From the NCBI GenBank assembly GCA_905178155.1, contig CAJINV010000031.1, positions 1-64,000 on the forward strand: a stretch of DNA of 64,000 nt, given 5' to 3'. The notes under the pieces were generated by a model. It had not been told where the DNA came from and searched no databases. It worked only from the letters and a program-made list of their open reading frames with translations. This document shows positions 39,055-53,400 of the stretch, piece by piece. The stretch is from Amoebophrya sp. A120. Taxonomy: Eukaryota; Protista; Dinoflagellata. The translations under genes and the position numbers were made by a program. Numbering within the stretch: position 1 is the stretch's first letter; each line of letters starts with the position of its first letter.

Positions 39055-40295
39055 ATGGCGCTGCTTGTCGGACAGTCGATTGCCACGAGCTCTCGCTCGG
39101 TTGCGTGTGCCGCTGCGGCGCACCGTGCACTAGGTACAACACCCCGGCGTGAAGATTTTCGTCTTTGGTTGACCCCCACGACTGCACCGCATCGCCAGCA
39201 GCGCCGAACGATGTGGTGGGACCCCTCCCTGACCCGCAAAAATGGGAAGCCCGCCATTTCGAAAACGCAAGATCTGTACGTGTCCAAAGACATTCCGGTG
39301 GTCCTGCTGAAGGACGTTCCTAAATTAGGCGTGAAAGGCCAGATTGTTCACGTCCGGCGGGGCTATGCGCGCAACCTGCTGGTACCGTCCGGCGTCGCGG
39401 TGTACGGTGCTCTTTGGGAAAACGTCGACCGCTACGCCGACCCCGCCGTCATCTCGGCTGCCGAGGCCACGGCGCGTGCGATTGAAGCAGAGCAAGAGGC
39501 CCATCCCTTCGACTGGATTGACGAGTACATCATTCGGTTTTGTTTGTTCGCTCGGTGCTCAAGTCTACCTTCTTGCTGCCAGTTGTTTCTTTTTTCTACT
39601 TGGGTTGAATAAACACATCACTCCAACTGCAAATCGTAAATAGGCGTTCGTGTCCTCCCTGCTCGCCGAATAGCTATTTAAGTATTTATCACAGGATTTC
39701 CCTGCGTCTCGTGCGCACAGTGCGGAACCAGCAAACGGGCGCGCTGCAGGACCCGCTGACCGTCTGGGAATTTTTGAACATCCTGTCGCGCGACCACGAA
39801 CTCGACCTTTTGCCTGAGAACCTGCTGGATCTCCGGGACCGAGGCGAACCACAGGGTGTTGTGCCGGACCCCGCGCTGGACCCGTTTCACCAGAGCGCCG
39901 CCGTGGAAAGTCCACAACCAGACGGGACTGCCCTCGCATCGGGGGAGCGGTTGCCGCTCGATGGTGGCGGCCCCGGCGGAATGCACGAGCCGTGCTACCA
40001 GCTACTAACCACCGCGGGCCGACACCTGGTCAACCTGGAGATTCCCTTCAAAGTGAAGGCCCGGCGGTACTGCATCGCGGTAGACATTGTGTCGCAGACC
40101 GAGGAGATGGCGGCGCTCCGGGCGCGGGAAGAAGAGCGCATCAAGAACCAGAAGCCGCAGTTCCTGGTGGGAATTCGCAGTGGCGAAACCATTGGCCGGC
40201 AGATGCAGATTGACTACGAGGAGCTTGAATGGCTCGAGGACGAGGGAGACAATGCCCGGGCGCGCTCTGGCCCGGGAGGGCGCTCTCGGCCGTAG
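39055..40295 (+). CDS. MRPL9: Organellar (likely mitochondrial) ribosomal protein bL9; exons 39055-39536 and 39695-40295
   Basis: [36 protein letters not shown] is the L9 N-terminal signature. Transit-peptide-like N-terminus. GT-AG intron 39537-39694 joins the two ORFs in frame. Confidence 0.9.
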
Positions 40296-40818
40296 TGGAA
40301 GAACGTCGTGATTGCTGCTACATGGTGTACATGCGCGAACAACAATTTTTCGCATTCAACTACACGACGTACCCTTGCTACGTGTACGTATTCACTTTTG
40401 CTACGGATGACACAGCACTTTTGGTCAGGTTCCTCAAGAGATCCAGATGATAATACAGTGTGGCTGTTTAATGCTAGAAAGACATTTCTGCAGCAAGACT
40501 ACACACCCTGAGCATCGGTACCCTCGCCGTTTCCTCTGGTGCGCAGGCAAATCGTCGGTGGTGCTTTCTAGTACTCATCTGAACTGCCATGCCAGTTTTT
40601 TTTTCCACGTCAACACACACTGCTTGCCAAAAGTTTTGGACTACAAGAAGATCGAGCTTTTTGTTTTTTTTTTAACGCGTGAGACTGCTGCATTATTTCG
40701 GAACCGTAACGCTTGCACGAAAAATGTCTCACGCCGCCCTCTGGCTACGTACATATTTTTTTTGATGGCGAATTGATAATGACGATGACTTGATACAAAA
40801 CTACGTATATCCCTAAAA

Positions 40819-43800
40819 ATGCGCCGTTCGCACACCCACTCGCCGCTTCGCGACGCGCTCACCCGCGGGTGCTGCGCCGTCGGTTGGTTGTTAATACTTC
40901 ACCCCTCCACCGCGGCGACTGCAACTCCTCCCGCATCCTCCGGGGAAGCAACGATGCAGGAAAACGAGAGCCCGACCGTCTTTCCGAAGGTTGCGGTGTG
41001 TCTCCGTGGGCTCGGGGGCGCGCGCGACGTATTTCATCGATGGCGGGAGCACGTGTTTCCAGCCTTTGGCGGGGATCCGGACGTGTACCTCGTAACCTCC
41101 ATGTCACGAAAGCAGCTGGAAGAGGAGTTCTCGGCCCGGATACAGTGCCCACCGAACAAAAACGAGCCGCGCGCGCACTATCGCAGCACCTGGGCCTCGT
41201 CCACCGGGCCGAGGCCGCCGAAGCGGATCGGCGCAACCACAAAAAAGGTTGATCCCACGAAACAAAAATCGTCGCCGCACGAAACGCAACGGACCGCCTT
41301 TCTGGAAGCGTGCAGCACGACGGGGGATGCGGCCGGCACAGATGAGGGCTTCGTGTATATCATTTGTAAAAACGTCCCCACCCCATAGTTGTAATGCCAT
41401 TCTGCATGCTGAAGATGTTTCTCATGCGGAGTACCATGAGAAGCGTTTTCTAGTCGTGTTTCGGAATTTGCCATGCTCCAATCAGCACGATGCGCTAGAT
41501 TTGTGATGCTGGTAAAGTGCGAGCCCAAACCTGTCATGCGCAACAACCAAGCCCTGTGGATTTGTCTAGCAGATTTCCCACGTTGAGGACTATGGTGTGG
41601 GGACGTTTTTCCGTAGGATAGCGTACCTCAAGGACGCGTTGCTTGTACCGGAGTGGGAGGAGAATACGCATCGCAAAAAAGATGTCTTGGTCTGAAAGAG
41701 AGCGAGATCTGTCATGCGCATTTCGTATGGCGGCATGTTAACGTCCGTGATGCACGCCCTACCATCACAGTGACTTTATTTTGTGGGCTTCTTCTTGATG
41801 TTGCCTACCCGGCATGAGAAATGCTGCGTTCGCGTAGCGAAGACTGACTGCTATTGCTGCTCACGCAATACAACAGCTTGTTCTAAAAGCTTCCAACGCG
41901 AAAGCATTAGAATCCAGACTCATACATTATTTTGCATTTGATCCAAAACCTTTCGGAGCGGTTTTTCGACCGCGAGTCCCCGGGCTGGCGGGGGATCCAC
42001 CTGGAGTACATGTGGCGCGAGGACTCGCAGCTCTGGGGCGCGCTGCCCATGCCCCTGGAGACGCGGGAGATGACCAACGCGGAGAAATGGCACTTCCAGT
42101 ACCGGTTCGCGAAGACCAAGACCAGCAAAAATAACCGGCGAACGAATAAGGCCGTTGTGAACAGCGCCGCCACAACGGTGGTGCACAAGCCGGACGGCCG
42201 CGCGTACTTCATCAACGCGCACAGCATGCAGCTGCACGACATGTGGCGGTGCGCCGAAATACTGCGCGACCACGAGCGCTACAGCCGGTCCGGGGTAGAA
42301 TACGAACACGTCGTGCTCAGTCGGTTGGACGTGACCTTTTTTGCGCCCCACGCGAATCTGCTGGGACTGCAGCAGCTTCATCCCTCGTCTCCGCCGATAT
42401 TGCAAAAATCAGAAACGGCAGGTCGTGCGGCCGGCAAGAACACAAAGAACACGATTTCCCGAGCCCTGACGTTCCAAAATTTAGGCTACGACTACGAGCA
42501 GCCGCGCGCCAAAATTTTGCGGCCCTACAAGTACGGCTGCTTCATCCCGACCGGGTGGGACTGGACCCAGGGTCTCACGGACATCTTTAGCGTGTGCAGC
42601 CGCCAGGCGGCCGAGGTGTACATGCAAAGCCGCGTGCAGCTTCTGGGGCAGCCGGCGCTCGTGCAGCGGTGGATCCAGAACGGCATTCGCCGGCGGGGCA
42701 TCTACAACCCGGAGATGCTGCTGCGCGACACGCTGCACCACTTCGGCGTGCCCGTCCAGCGGTACGACGCCGGCATCTTCCGCAGCTGCTACGACCAGCA
42801 GCCACTTACACAAGAACCGAATGCTGCCAGCACCGTGGTCGCGGGCGCCGCGGCGGCGGCAGCCGCGCACCCACGACCGCCCCTCGAGGACGGCGCTCTA
42901 CTCGGGAGCGCGACCGCGCTGTACGACAAGGGGACCAATTACGCGGCGCGGTGCCGATATCTCCGCAAAGTCAACGCGTACGGAAAGTTCGAGCGGCCGC
43001 CGAAGACGAGAAAACCGCTGGACCACAGCGTCGCGCGCTACAGCGACTTGTTTTCCGCGACAACCAGCGAGGACTCCATCGACGCCGCCTTTCAGTACTT
43101 TCGCGCGAAGGTGGAGCTGTACGCGAACTATAAAATTCAGCCGTTCTACGTGTCGACGGCAAGGCACGACATCCACCGCGCGCACCGTCACTACACGCGT
43201 AACAACACGGCCGCGCCCGGGATGATCGGGTATACTGATGTTGAGATAGGAACAAGCAGCGATACGCATCGAGCAGGACCACCAGGTCGGGTGGGAGAAG
43301 ATGGTGTGCCGGCTGAGGTCGTAAAACAAGCCCCGACGAGTCGTGTTGATGATGCGACGATGAACAATACGGAAATATTCTCCGAAAATGGTTCGGAATT
43401 AATGTCACCAGCTGGTACCGGCACAACGCAAAAGAACGCCGTTGACCTCGAAGACCCGAAATGGGTGCAGCACTGGCGGCGGTATGAACACGACTCCTGG
43501 CACGGGCCCTGCCGGGACGGACAGCAGCTGATGTCGGTCTATCACCGCAACGTCGCGGAACTGGACGCGAAGCGCGTGCTGTGGGCGAAGGCGGACCTGC
43601 GCCACTACGCGGCTACCCGAGAGGCAGAAAACGCGCTCGCCCTCGCAGCCGCGGGAGGTAGGGTGGAGGACGCAGATCATGGAATTCTTGGCGGCGGCCA
43701 AAGTGCTTCTAACATCGTGTCCACTTCCGCGACGACGAACGGCGCAGACAGCATAAGCTCCGCCACCGAAAAGGCGGGGGAGCAGTTACAGCTTGAGGAC

Positions 43801-44217
43801 GAAGATCTGAATAGCCACGTCTACTACGAAGGAGTCTACGAGGTGCACCACACGAACGAGAAAATGATTGTGGACCATTTAAAGAAGCTGGACCCGGTGC
43901 TCCGGCTACTGGAAACCAACCACCCGGAGAAGCAGTGGCCCGGGCACCGGAACGGCGACTTCGGGGTCGGCGTTGACGGGTACCTCGTGCAGCGGGAGGC
44001 CATGACCAAGGACTCCAGCCGCCGCGCCGTCGCGTTCTGCCAGACCGCAAAGGAGGAGGAAACGGCGATCATGTACCAACTACGGGAACTGTCCGACAAC
44101 CTCAACCACTACTACCACCACTACATGGACCAGGTTCCCTCGAAAGTCAGCCATTTCTTGGAAACGGTGTTTCCCTACTTCGATCTAAGCCGCGTCGACT
44201 TCGGGTCGCAGGGGTGA
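40819..44217 (+). CDS. Hypothetical N-terminally anchored protein, possibly glycosyltransferase-like; exons about 40819-41357, 41626-41683 and 41911-44217
   Basis: Hydrophobic N-terminal segment; VAVCLRG..DVYLVTS and YEHVVLSRLDVTFF motifs. Exons join in frame after removing the introner plus one direct repeat and a possible GT-AG intron 41684-41910. Confidence 0.65.
41358..41620 (+). mobile_element. Introner/MITE-like intron, copy 1
   Basis: TATC...GATA ends; inverted repeats AAAAACGTCCCCACCCCATAG / CTATGGTGTGGGGACGTTTTT; flanking 5-bp direct repeats GTGTA/GCGTA; internal similarity to 45047-45318. Confidence 0.85.
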
Positions 44218-44754
44218 AGAACTGTTTTACTTATTCGTTGTGTAAATGCATCTTGATCTTCTTCGTTCTCGCTCTCGCAGGAGCGAAAGTGCCATGCGTT
44301 TTGTTCGAGCGCGTCGTCGGTTTGGGGATCATCGCGCACGTTGCGGCCCGCGTAGATCCGTTTCAGGGAGTAGTGTGTTCTTGCAAACACAAAGATGCTG
44401 TGGGTCGTCAGATGAACCAAGATGCTGCAAAGCGTCGAAAAATTTTGCAAGAAGGAGCTGGTGGCTCTGCGTGTGTTAAGTAAGATTAAACACATTTTGA
44501 ATATAAAACTGGCTGATCAGAGTTTCCTAGGTTAAGCTTTGCTGGTTTGTTTTGCACAATGAGATCGGCACAACTTCCACTTCGCGCCGCTGGACGTGGA
44601 AAGAAGTTTTCCACGTGCAGCTGTAACGCTCGAGACAAGAAAAGCGTATAGGACTTTAGCAGAATCAAAAAGATTCCTACGTGTCGTGTTCATCTTCACG
44701 TTACGAAGACCGACTAATCTATTTCCCCTCTATCATCTTTGAAAAAAAAAGCAG

Positions 44755-46197
44755 ATGGCGTCGACAACCCCGTCCGCTCCCGCGTCGGCGGCTCCGCATT
44801 TCTTGGAAGGCGATGCGACAAAGGTTGCCGCGGACCTGTTCGGGGTTGCGCTCCCCAGCGCGATCTTCCTGTCCCCCCTGCCGCTGTTCTACAACGCGTT
44901 CAAGCACCAAACGCCGGTAGACATGCCGCCCCTGGCGTTCACCGCCCAGTTCGCGCAATGCTGGTTGTGGTTCGTGTACGCGAACCTGAAGGACATCCCG
45001 TTTTTGATCGTAGCGAATGTGGTCGGCCTGTCGACCGCCGTGTTCTTATTCTGAGTAAAAGCGTCGCCACCCCAGAGTTGTCATGTAAATCTGCATGCCA
45101 TAAAAGTTTCTCCTGCGGAGCCCCATGAGAAGCGTTTTGTAATTTGTGATGCTAGAATTAGCATGATATGCTAGATCTGTGATGCTGCTGGACTAGCTAA
45201 ACAGGATTACACTAGGAGGACAGACTTGGCATGCGAAGCAACCAAAGCTGCTTGATCTGTCTAGGGAAAGCAGATTTCCCATCTTGATTCTGGTGTGGGG
45301 ACGTTTTTACTTAGGATAGTTCTACGTGCTACTATACCCGTACTGCTGCAAACTCATCCTGCTCCTCGACCCGACCGACCTCCGCACGCCGTTGGCGGCC
45401 GGGAAGCCCGTCACGACCGACGCCGTGCAAGTAGAAGTCGTGGCCTCCAGGACGAGCCCCGACGCGGGCGCAGCGCCAGCACCGGGTGAGGCACAGGAAC
45501 ATGAGGACCGCGCATACGACGAGGGGGAACGGAAGGTGTCCGCCTACCTGGCGCAATACAAATGGCAAATGTTTGGCGCGGTTTTGGTCGGCGCGGTGAC
45601 CACGTTCTTACTTTACAATAAGCCCTCAGTGCAGGCGCTTGGAATCGCATCTAGGTAAAGATAGATACAACAACTGGATGAACAGAATTCATCGCATGTT
45701 AGGAAGAACGTTTATATTTTTTTCTCAATACTATATAGCATCTATCGATCGTTGCGGCGCAGTGCTCTTCATCATGATTGCATATGGTCTTGATGTCATT
45801 TGTTTCGATCAACACTGACAATAAATGCAGCTCCTGGCTGGGCGAGACGGCGAAAGACAGCGGGATAGGCGGTTACATCGCAATGACGCTGGGGACGCTG
45901 CTTTTGATTCACCCCGTGTTCACCATGGTGGAAGCGCACGCTACCAAAAATGCAGACTTGATGGGTTCGTCGCTGATGAATGGAGTATACACCGCCTGCA
46001 ACGTCGTGCTTCTCTCGCAAGGACTGTTCTTCAACTACAACCTGGCGCTGGCGATCCAGTCCGCCCTGGGGCTCTTCGCAAACATCACCGCACTTGCGGT
46101 GCGCGCGAGCATTCGCCCTGCTCCGGAGGTACTATCCGCCGCAGCAGACGGCGCCGGAGCGACTGGAACTCGGGAACAAGTGCGGAAGACGGACTAA
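44755..46197 (+). CDS. SWEET: SWEET/MtN3-family sugar transporter; exons 44755-45046, 45324-45654 and 45831-46197
   Basis: FLSPLPLF..PPLAF..QCWLWFVYA..IVANVVG is the MtN3 repeat pattern, with further TM helices downstream. Second intron is GT-AG (45655-45830). Confidence 0.85.
45047..45318 (+). mobile_element. Introner/MITE-like intron, copy 2 (272 bp)
   Basis: 30-bp imperfect TIRs and a perfect 5-bp direct repeat GTTCT. Removing it with one repeat restores ...GLSTAVFYVLLYP. Confidence 0.92.
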
Positions 46198-47421
46198 TTA
46201 GTGCTGCTCTGGAATACTTACAATGTGCGGGAAAAGGAGAAAGGGGCTAGGCCTACTTTTCGGGGTGACTGCTGCAGTCCACAGCACAACGGGCGGCCTT
46301 CTGCGTTACAACTGGCTGCGGATGATTCTACTCCGTTGATTGAACTGCGCAATCTCCAGTAGATGACATTGTAATGAACTCTCCACCTCCGATACAAAGA
46401 CTATGTAGTTTCTGTTTCAGCATTGTTCTTCTAGTGACGGTTTGCAATCACGACAAAACCGCGACGCGGCGCAAGGTCTAAGCGATCCGCAGCTTATTTT
46501 TCAAAAACACAGTGTTCGAAATTCGTCCATGATCGAAAAGTTTTCCTTTTGAGCGCCGGTAAAAACTACTTTGCCATCAAATAGGAGACAGGCTGCTGTC
46601 AGCTTCTTTCTCATCGTCCTTTGACGTCATCTCACCGAGACTGACAATGAACGACGCTGCGAGTGTTTATGATAGGGGTGAAAGGGTTTAGTTTAGGGTT
46701 CCTATTTTGATCTTATCGTCTGTGGTAGAAATTCACATTTATTGTACACCGCAATACAACTCATGAACACCAACACGACCGCCTGGCGTGGTGGTATCAC
46801 GCTTTACGACCTTCGATGCGTTTTACTTTCTTTCTAAAACCTCTACTTACTGAATTTGCTTTCTCATTGTCGCGACGCCGCGGCCCTAGTAATTCGAAGA
46901 TGTTCTTGATGCTCTCTGAAGTAGAAGCTACGAGCGACTGCACCACAGCGGGAGCCGGACCTTTTGTGGGGCTATCGTAAAAACGACGGCGAGGGGGCGC
47001 GCTGCTGGTCGAAAGAAGTAGGACCACATCGAAGAAAACCAATTCCATGATCGAGCCATTTTTTCCGCTTCCTGGACAGCTAGAAGCGGACCTGGTTGCT
47101 GTCTGGGTTGAGTTTTTTGTGGTCCACAAGCGCGTACACGAAGCCGATGCACGTTTCGCGGTCAGGAAAGCCTGCGAAGCTGGGTACGTCCCCGAAAGCA
47201 GTCAGTTTGCCTTTCAGGTATAGAATTTTCTTTTTCCATTTCTTGCATAGTATGATTTTCATGGCGTGGATGAATTGCTAGCGGCTTGAAGGATGATGAA
47301 ACGCGATGAGATCATCAAAAATCTTTTCACTCTCAACCTGATGTGTGTGTGTTTTTGTGATAGGGCATAGATACGACGTGAATTGAATGTGGGGGAAAAA
47401 TTTCATCTTCACAACTTTTAG

Positions 47422-50400
47422 GTTCGACGAAACCTTCCCCTCGGGCTCGCGTCGTGCGCTCTGAATGATGAGGAAGTGGAGCAAGTCGCTCGGAGAGCAC
47501 GCGACGTTGCGGCGGCGGCCGCCTCGGGCGGACCGGTTCCAAGAGCGCGGTCGGGCAGCACACCAACATCGGTTGGGACGGAAACGTATGATCAGCGTGC
47601 CGTCCCACCACCCATAGGCGCGGGGTATAGCCGTCGTCCGCGCAATGCGACGCCCCCATTTCAGCCTGGGCCCCGAGCGAGGACCTCGCAAGATTTATTT
47701 TCATCGAGTGCAGTTAGTACCCAGCCCTCTGGTGCACAACATCTCCAGCAATCGGACTTTCCGCGGTTCGGTAGGTCAGCGAAGGCGAGCGCCGCCGCCC
47801 CTACCTACGCAGAGAAGCTGAAGCAGCCAGACAAGCGCACGAGCCCGACGCAGCAAAGGCAAAATTTAGTGCAGGAGGAGACCTTTCCCGCGATGAGCGA
47901 AGCTGGTCCTGGGCCTGCCCGCGGTCACCAAACCGGTCGCAGTCGTGTTTCGTCCGGTGGTGCCTCGATGAGCAGCGGATATTCATCCGGGCATCAACCA
48001 CCAGACGGCTCTCCGCAGTGGCATCAAACGCTGCTGAGCCCGGGACAATCGGCACGACCGGTGGTGGAGGATCTGCTAGATATTTTCAAAGAAAATTCTG
48101 GGTCGTCGACCCTCCCGTCCGATGCGCTGGTGCGGCTGTGGCAGACGGGGGCATCTACCACCTCCACGGTGGGCGCCGTGGGAAATAGTGGATCTTCTGA
48201 TGCACGAGGACCCCAGCTGTCGCAGTTCTTTTTTTTAAAGAAGAAACCTCCGCGCTCCGGGACGAGCAAATCCACCACGCGCGACCACGCCTGGGTGTTC
48301 GAACTGTTGGAAGAGGTGCGGGCGAAAGACGCAACCAAGGCACAGCAAGTTTTCCAGCGGCTGCTGGAAGCCGCGGAGGGAAATTTAGAGGTGGTCACCG
48401 AACTGTGCAGGTGGAAAGGCTGGTGCGCAGGCGGCGCAAGCCCGACGTCGGTGCTTGAGGTGGTCGCGCAGCAACCGATTTTCTGGCGCAGCCAGAACCT
48501 CCCGCTGCACGAACTGCTCAACCTGGTGGAGAAAAAGGCGGAAATCGCACAGGACGGAGATAGTACCACAAATGCCTCGTCGCCTATGCGTCGCGGTCCG
48601 AACAACAAGTCATCTGCAGGGAACAAGATGAAAAAAGGCGTGAAGTGCCCCACGGTGTCCACTAAAGTTCGGCAAGTCGACCACTGTGCGGGCGCTGCGG
48701 AGGTGGAGCCGTTTGTCTTGGACGTACTGCAAAACGGTACGTGGCGGGACTACATCGCAACGCAGCTACGCACTTGGGCGGAACGACTTGCGACGATTGA
48801 TTCTATGGACGAGGGTTCTTTTCAGTACAACACCATCGAGCGGTGGCACTACTGTTGCATCCAATGGCGGCCTCGCTACGCCAGGTCGGGCTCCAACGGG
48901 AGCAGTGACGAGGGCAGTGCGAGTGGGAGTAGTAATGCGTACCTGGGTCACGGCGCAGAACCAGAAGTAGAGGATGCCCCGGACATCATTTTTGAATCCT
49001 TGGGCTACGGCACGGACAAATTCGAAGCGGAGACGGTGGGCTACGCGCGCGTTCTGGAACAGCTCGGGTTGTGCCGGGACTTTTTGGACATCCGCAAGGC
49101 GCATCTGCAGAAGACTTTGGAGCAGGGCGTCCTGCACTTTCTGCCCGCGATTTTTTGGGAGCGCATCGTCCTCGCAAAGTGGTTCGAAGCGTGCCACCGG
49201 GGCTCCGAAGAGCGCCGCGCCGTCGCGACCGCGATCGGTAGCGCCGGGGAAGCCGCCATGCGCGCGCGGGGCTTGGAATTCTCCACGCCGGGCGATCTGC
49301 GGAAGCACGTCCTGACGGAGTTGGCGAGCAGTTCGCTGGACCGGGCTGCGGGAATCCCGGCTAGATTTCTTCCGGTGCAGCTGTACCAGCAGATGTGCGA
49401 CGTGGTGCGCTACACCACGAAAACCGAGCGGGAGGCGGCCGAGATTCTGGAGACGCTGCTCTTGGATCTGGTGAAGGACAGCCGCAGCTGCGTGACGCGC
49501 GAACTGGGCGGGGCGGAGTACTACTGCCGGATGCTTGACTTGTCGCTCCTGGAGCGGTGCAGCCAGCTCGAGGCGGCGCGTGCGGAGGCGACGAGTAGCC
49601 TTGCAGCACTATGCCTTGCAAATTCGCCTGGCTTTCCTGGAGGGATGCAAACTTGTCATGGGTGCTGCGGGTCACACAAAAACTTGTCTTGCCTGCGTAC
49701 CAAAACATGCACGTTTTTATTTGGGCATCGTGAGAGGCGATTTCTCATGCAGGAGAGGCAAAGGCATTGCGAAGGCCTGACAGTAGCTAGAATCTGTAGT
49801 GCGGAACCCTGCATCCCAGACTTCGCGATGCATGCAAAATTTGCATGAAAAACTCGAGCAGTCATCCAGAGGACCCAGACATATTTGCCCTGCATAGACA
49901 GTGGAGTCCAACCACAACGACACCGACGGCAAGATGTTATGAGAGTGCACAACTCTCCCTCCCCCTCATTTGTCATGCAAAATACCAACTCCAATCTCGG
50001 CCTCTAGGCACCGTTTGCATGACAGATTCTGGCAGTGGCCCAAACAGCACTACAATTTCGTGTGAATTTGGCATGCAAAACCAGCAGTCTTGCCGACACG
50101 TGTATTGCTGTATTTGCACTACAAATGAGGAGGAGGGGGAGTTGTGCGCTCTCATAGATAGCCCTACACGTCGACTTGCGGGTCTTCCTTCCAACAAAAG
50201 CACCGACGGATACTAGAAGGAGAAATAAATCTGCCACCAAGCAGGGCGGCGCGGCTGTGGAAGCGAAGAGCAGCGGTTCCTTTCAGGAGATTTTCCAGGT
50301 GCTCGGCACGCTGGTGCACGTCGAAGCAAACCATCCCTTTGGCCGCAGTGGCGGGCGGCCGGATCTGATCGCCCCCCGGTCGGGAATTTTCGAAATCGTA

Positions 50401-53400
50401 GGGCCGGCGGACTTAGATGAGGTGTTCGAGGAATACGTGTACACCAAAACCAATTTCTCCAGTACAATTTCAGCGAGTAGTACCAGCAGTCCGCGTAACA
50501 CCTTCGAAGAGCGCCGTGTGATCCTGCTGGAGTACCGTCCGATGTACCCACTCGGCTTGGATCGCAGTTTGATTTACCTGGACTTTGCCGATACGGTGGT
50601 GGTGCGGCCGCTGCAGAACCTGGTTATGGTCGCCGAGCGGCGGCAGATGCGGGCGTTAGAGCGGCTCTGCCTCGAGGATTCTGACATTCACTTCAACCCG
50701 CTGCTACGCGAACAGATTCTTGTCCAGACTGGTACTAGTTCCTCCGGCAACATGAGCATTTCTGCTGCACCGTCGCGTTCCGAAGTAGAAACGCCCCGGC
50801 AGCTAAAGATGCACACTACCGCGCCGGATGGTGTTCTGGCTGCCCCGGCGCACAACCTCCACCCAAGGAGCACTGGCGCGGCCCAAGGGAGTAGACCTCC
50901 GGAAGAAGTTTTGTTCCCGGGGACTACTACAGCTGGCGCCGCATCCTCCAACAGCACGAAACCCAACTTGTACCGTGTGTCCAACGCAAGCGGTGCGAGC
51001 CGAGCCACCCGGGCCGCGCTGGCCCAGCAGTACTCCTCGCTGCGCACTTTTGAGGCCAAGCACGTGGCGCGGCCGCCCGACCGCGCGGACCAGCTGTCCA
51101 GCGGGCAGCTGCAAGCCGTGTTGGCGAGTCAAAACGCGCGCAACGGGGAGATCGTGCAGATCCGGGGGCCCCCGGGCACCGGGAAAACCTTCGTGGCGGC
51201 CGAGATCGTCTACAACTGGTACAAGTCCGACGTGCAAAACAGCCGGCGCGGCATCCTGGCCGTGGCCCAATCCAACGCGGCCGCGAACGTGATCGCCAAG
51301 TACCTGTGGGAGCGGAAGCTCCCGGTGCTCCGGGTCGGCACCAAGGAAGGCCCGAAAGCCTTCCATGCGAAGCGCGCGGAATGGCAAGCGTTTTTCCGCC
51401 AGAAGTCCGACGCCCGGGGGCAAGAGCTCTTGGCGCTCTTCACCAAGTGGTCCGCACTCCGCGACAAGTTTCTCGCGCTGCGGGACGAGCAGTGCTTTAC
51501 GTTATACACGAGCGGCACTACTAGTAGCTCCTCGACAGGTAGGATGAACGTGGCGCTGAGCAAGTTTGTGTACGAGAAACTGCAGCCTGAGTACGCCAAG
51601 TGGTGGGCCGAGGAAGGGCGGGGAAGCGGGCGAAGGGCCGGCGGTCTCATCGGTGCAAGAGGTAGTAGCAGCATCACTCCAGTGCCCATGCGCGACGACG
51701 GCAGTGGTACAACCACGAGTAACATTGGCGCCCGGGAGCCGGGTTACGTCGAGTTGCGGGAGGTTCTGCGCAAGGTGCAGAACCGCTTGATTCAGCACGT
51801 CCTGATCGAGCATCCGCTGTTGCCAGTGATAACGACCAACGACGGCGCAGGACACGAACGGCTGCTCGAACTGTCCTCCAAGCGCTGGAAGAGCGAAAAC
51901 AGGCCGCGGTTTGCGTCCGTCTTGATCGATGAGGCCGCCCAGTGCACGGAGCTGGCCACGCTGGTTCCGCTGCAGCACGGCCCGCAGCGCGTGGTGCTGA
52001 TCGGGGACGAGCAGCAGCTGCCCGCCGTCCTCAAATCGGAACGGGCCAAAACCCTGTTCCAGGGAGCGCAGTCACTGTTTGAAAAGCGCGCCAAGCTAGT
52101 ACAACAAACGGGCGGTCGTGCCGGAGGAGGAGCCGCAACATCAACCAGCCCGGCTCCGTCGCCCTTCCGTGGCGGCGTGCTGATTGGCACCAGGAGCACA
52201 TCTTCACACCAGCAGCAAGGGTTAGTACAACTTCTGCAGCTGGACCGACAGCGGCGCATGCACAGCAGCATCGCGCTTTTTCCCAACACACAGATGTACG
52301 AGGAGCCGATCAGCAACGACGTCGGTGGGGACGAGCGGGTCTCGCGGCCCCCGCTCGCTGGCTGGGCGTGGCCGCCCTACGATGACGGCACGGGGGACTG
52401 CTTCCGCGTCGTTCTGGTGGATACCGATTTGGACGAGCAACAGCGCGAATTTGTCGAGACCACTGACGCCGTCACGAAAAGCAAGCGCAACACCGCGGAG
52501 GCGGACTTGACGATGATGACCGTGGTTTCCATGCTGCAGGCAAATCCGGATCTGCAGCCGGACGAGATCGGCGTCATCACGCCCTACGCGGAACAGAAGC
52601 GCACGCTCCTCGCTTCCGTGGCCCAGTACACCGGGGTGCTTCAACAAGCTTCGAGCGAGATGTTGAACTACAGCCCGAGTAGTTCTACTGCTGGTGGTGC
52701 AACCAGCACCGGGATGAAGCAGCGCGACCTGCGCGACGTGTTCATCGACACGGTGGACGGGTTTCAGGGGAACGAGCGGGAGCTGATTCTCCTTTCCCTC
52801 ACGCGAACCGAGGGACCCGGGTTTCTCGTGGACTCGCGCCGCATCAACGTGGCGCTGTCGCGCGCCCGCCGCGGGCTGATCGTGTTCGGGTCGGGCCGGG
52901 TGCTCCGCGGGCTGGACGGCACCATCGCCCCGGGCGCGGAGGCGGCCAGTCGCATCCGCATGTGGCAGGAGTGGCATGCGTTCGTCACGCAAAACCGCGC
53001 GGTCTTCACGGTGAACGAGGCCGAGGAGATGCTGATGACTATCCTGAGCAGCAGCGGCGGCGGCCACGATTCGAAGAAGGCACGGGCGGTGCTCGCCCGC
53101 ATTTCCCGGGAGCACGTGTGCCCGCGGTACGTGCCAACGCGGTTCGTGAACATCCGCGACGAGACCCGGGACGGCGGGAAGGAGCGTGCCCGTGTCCTGG
53201 GAGACGTCGTGCGGAGCGAGCTTCGCTTGCTGACCGCCGCGGAGTGGCAGGACATCCGATACGTCTTTGTGGACAGCGGGAACGTGTTGCATTTCGGCGA
53301 CGAGGACGCGATGGTGGCCGCCGGGGCGTCGTCAATAACCCCACCGGCGGCGGGCCCGACAACACCCTTCGGGGGTGGTGGTGTCGTGCTGTCTCAGACC

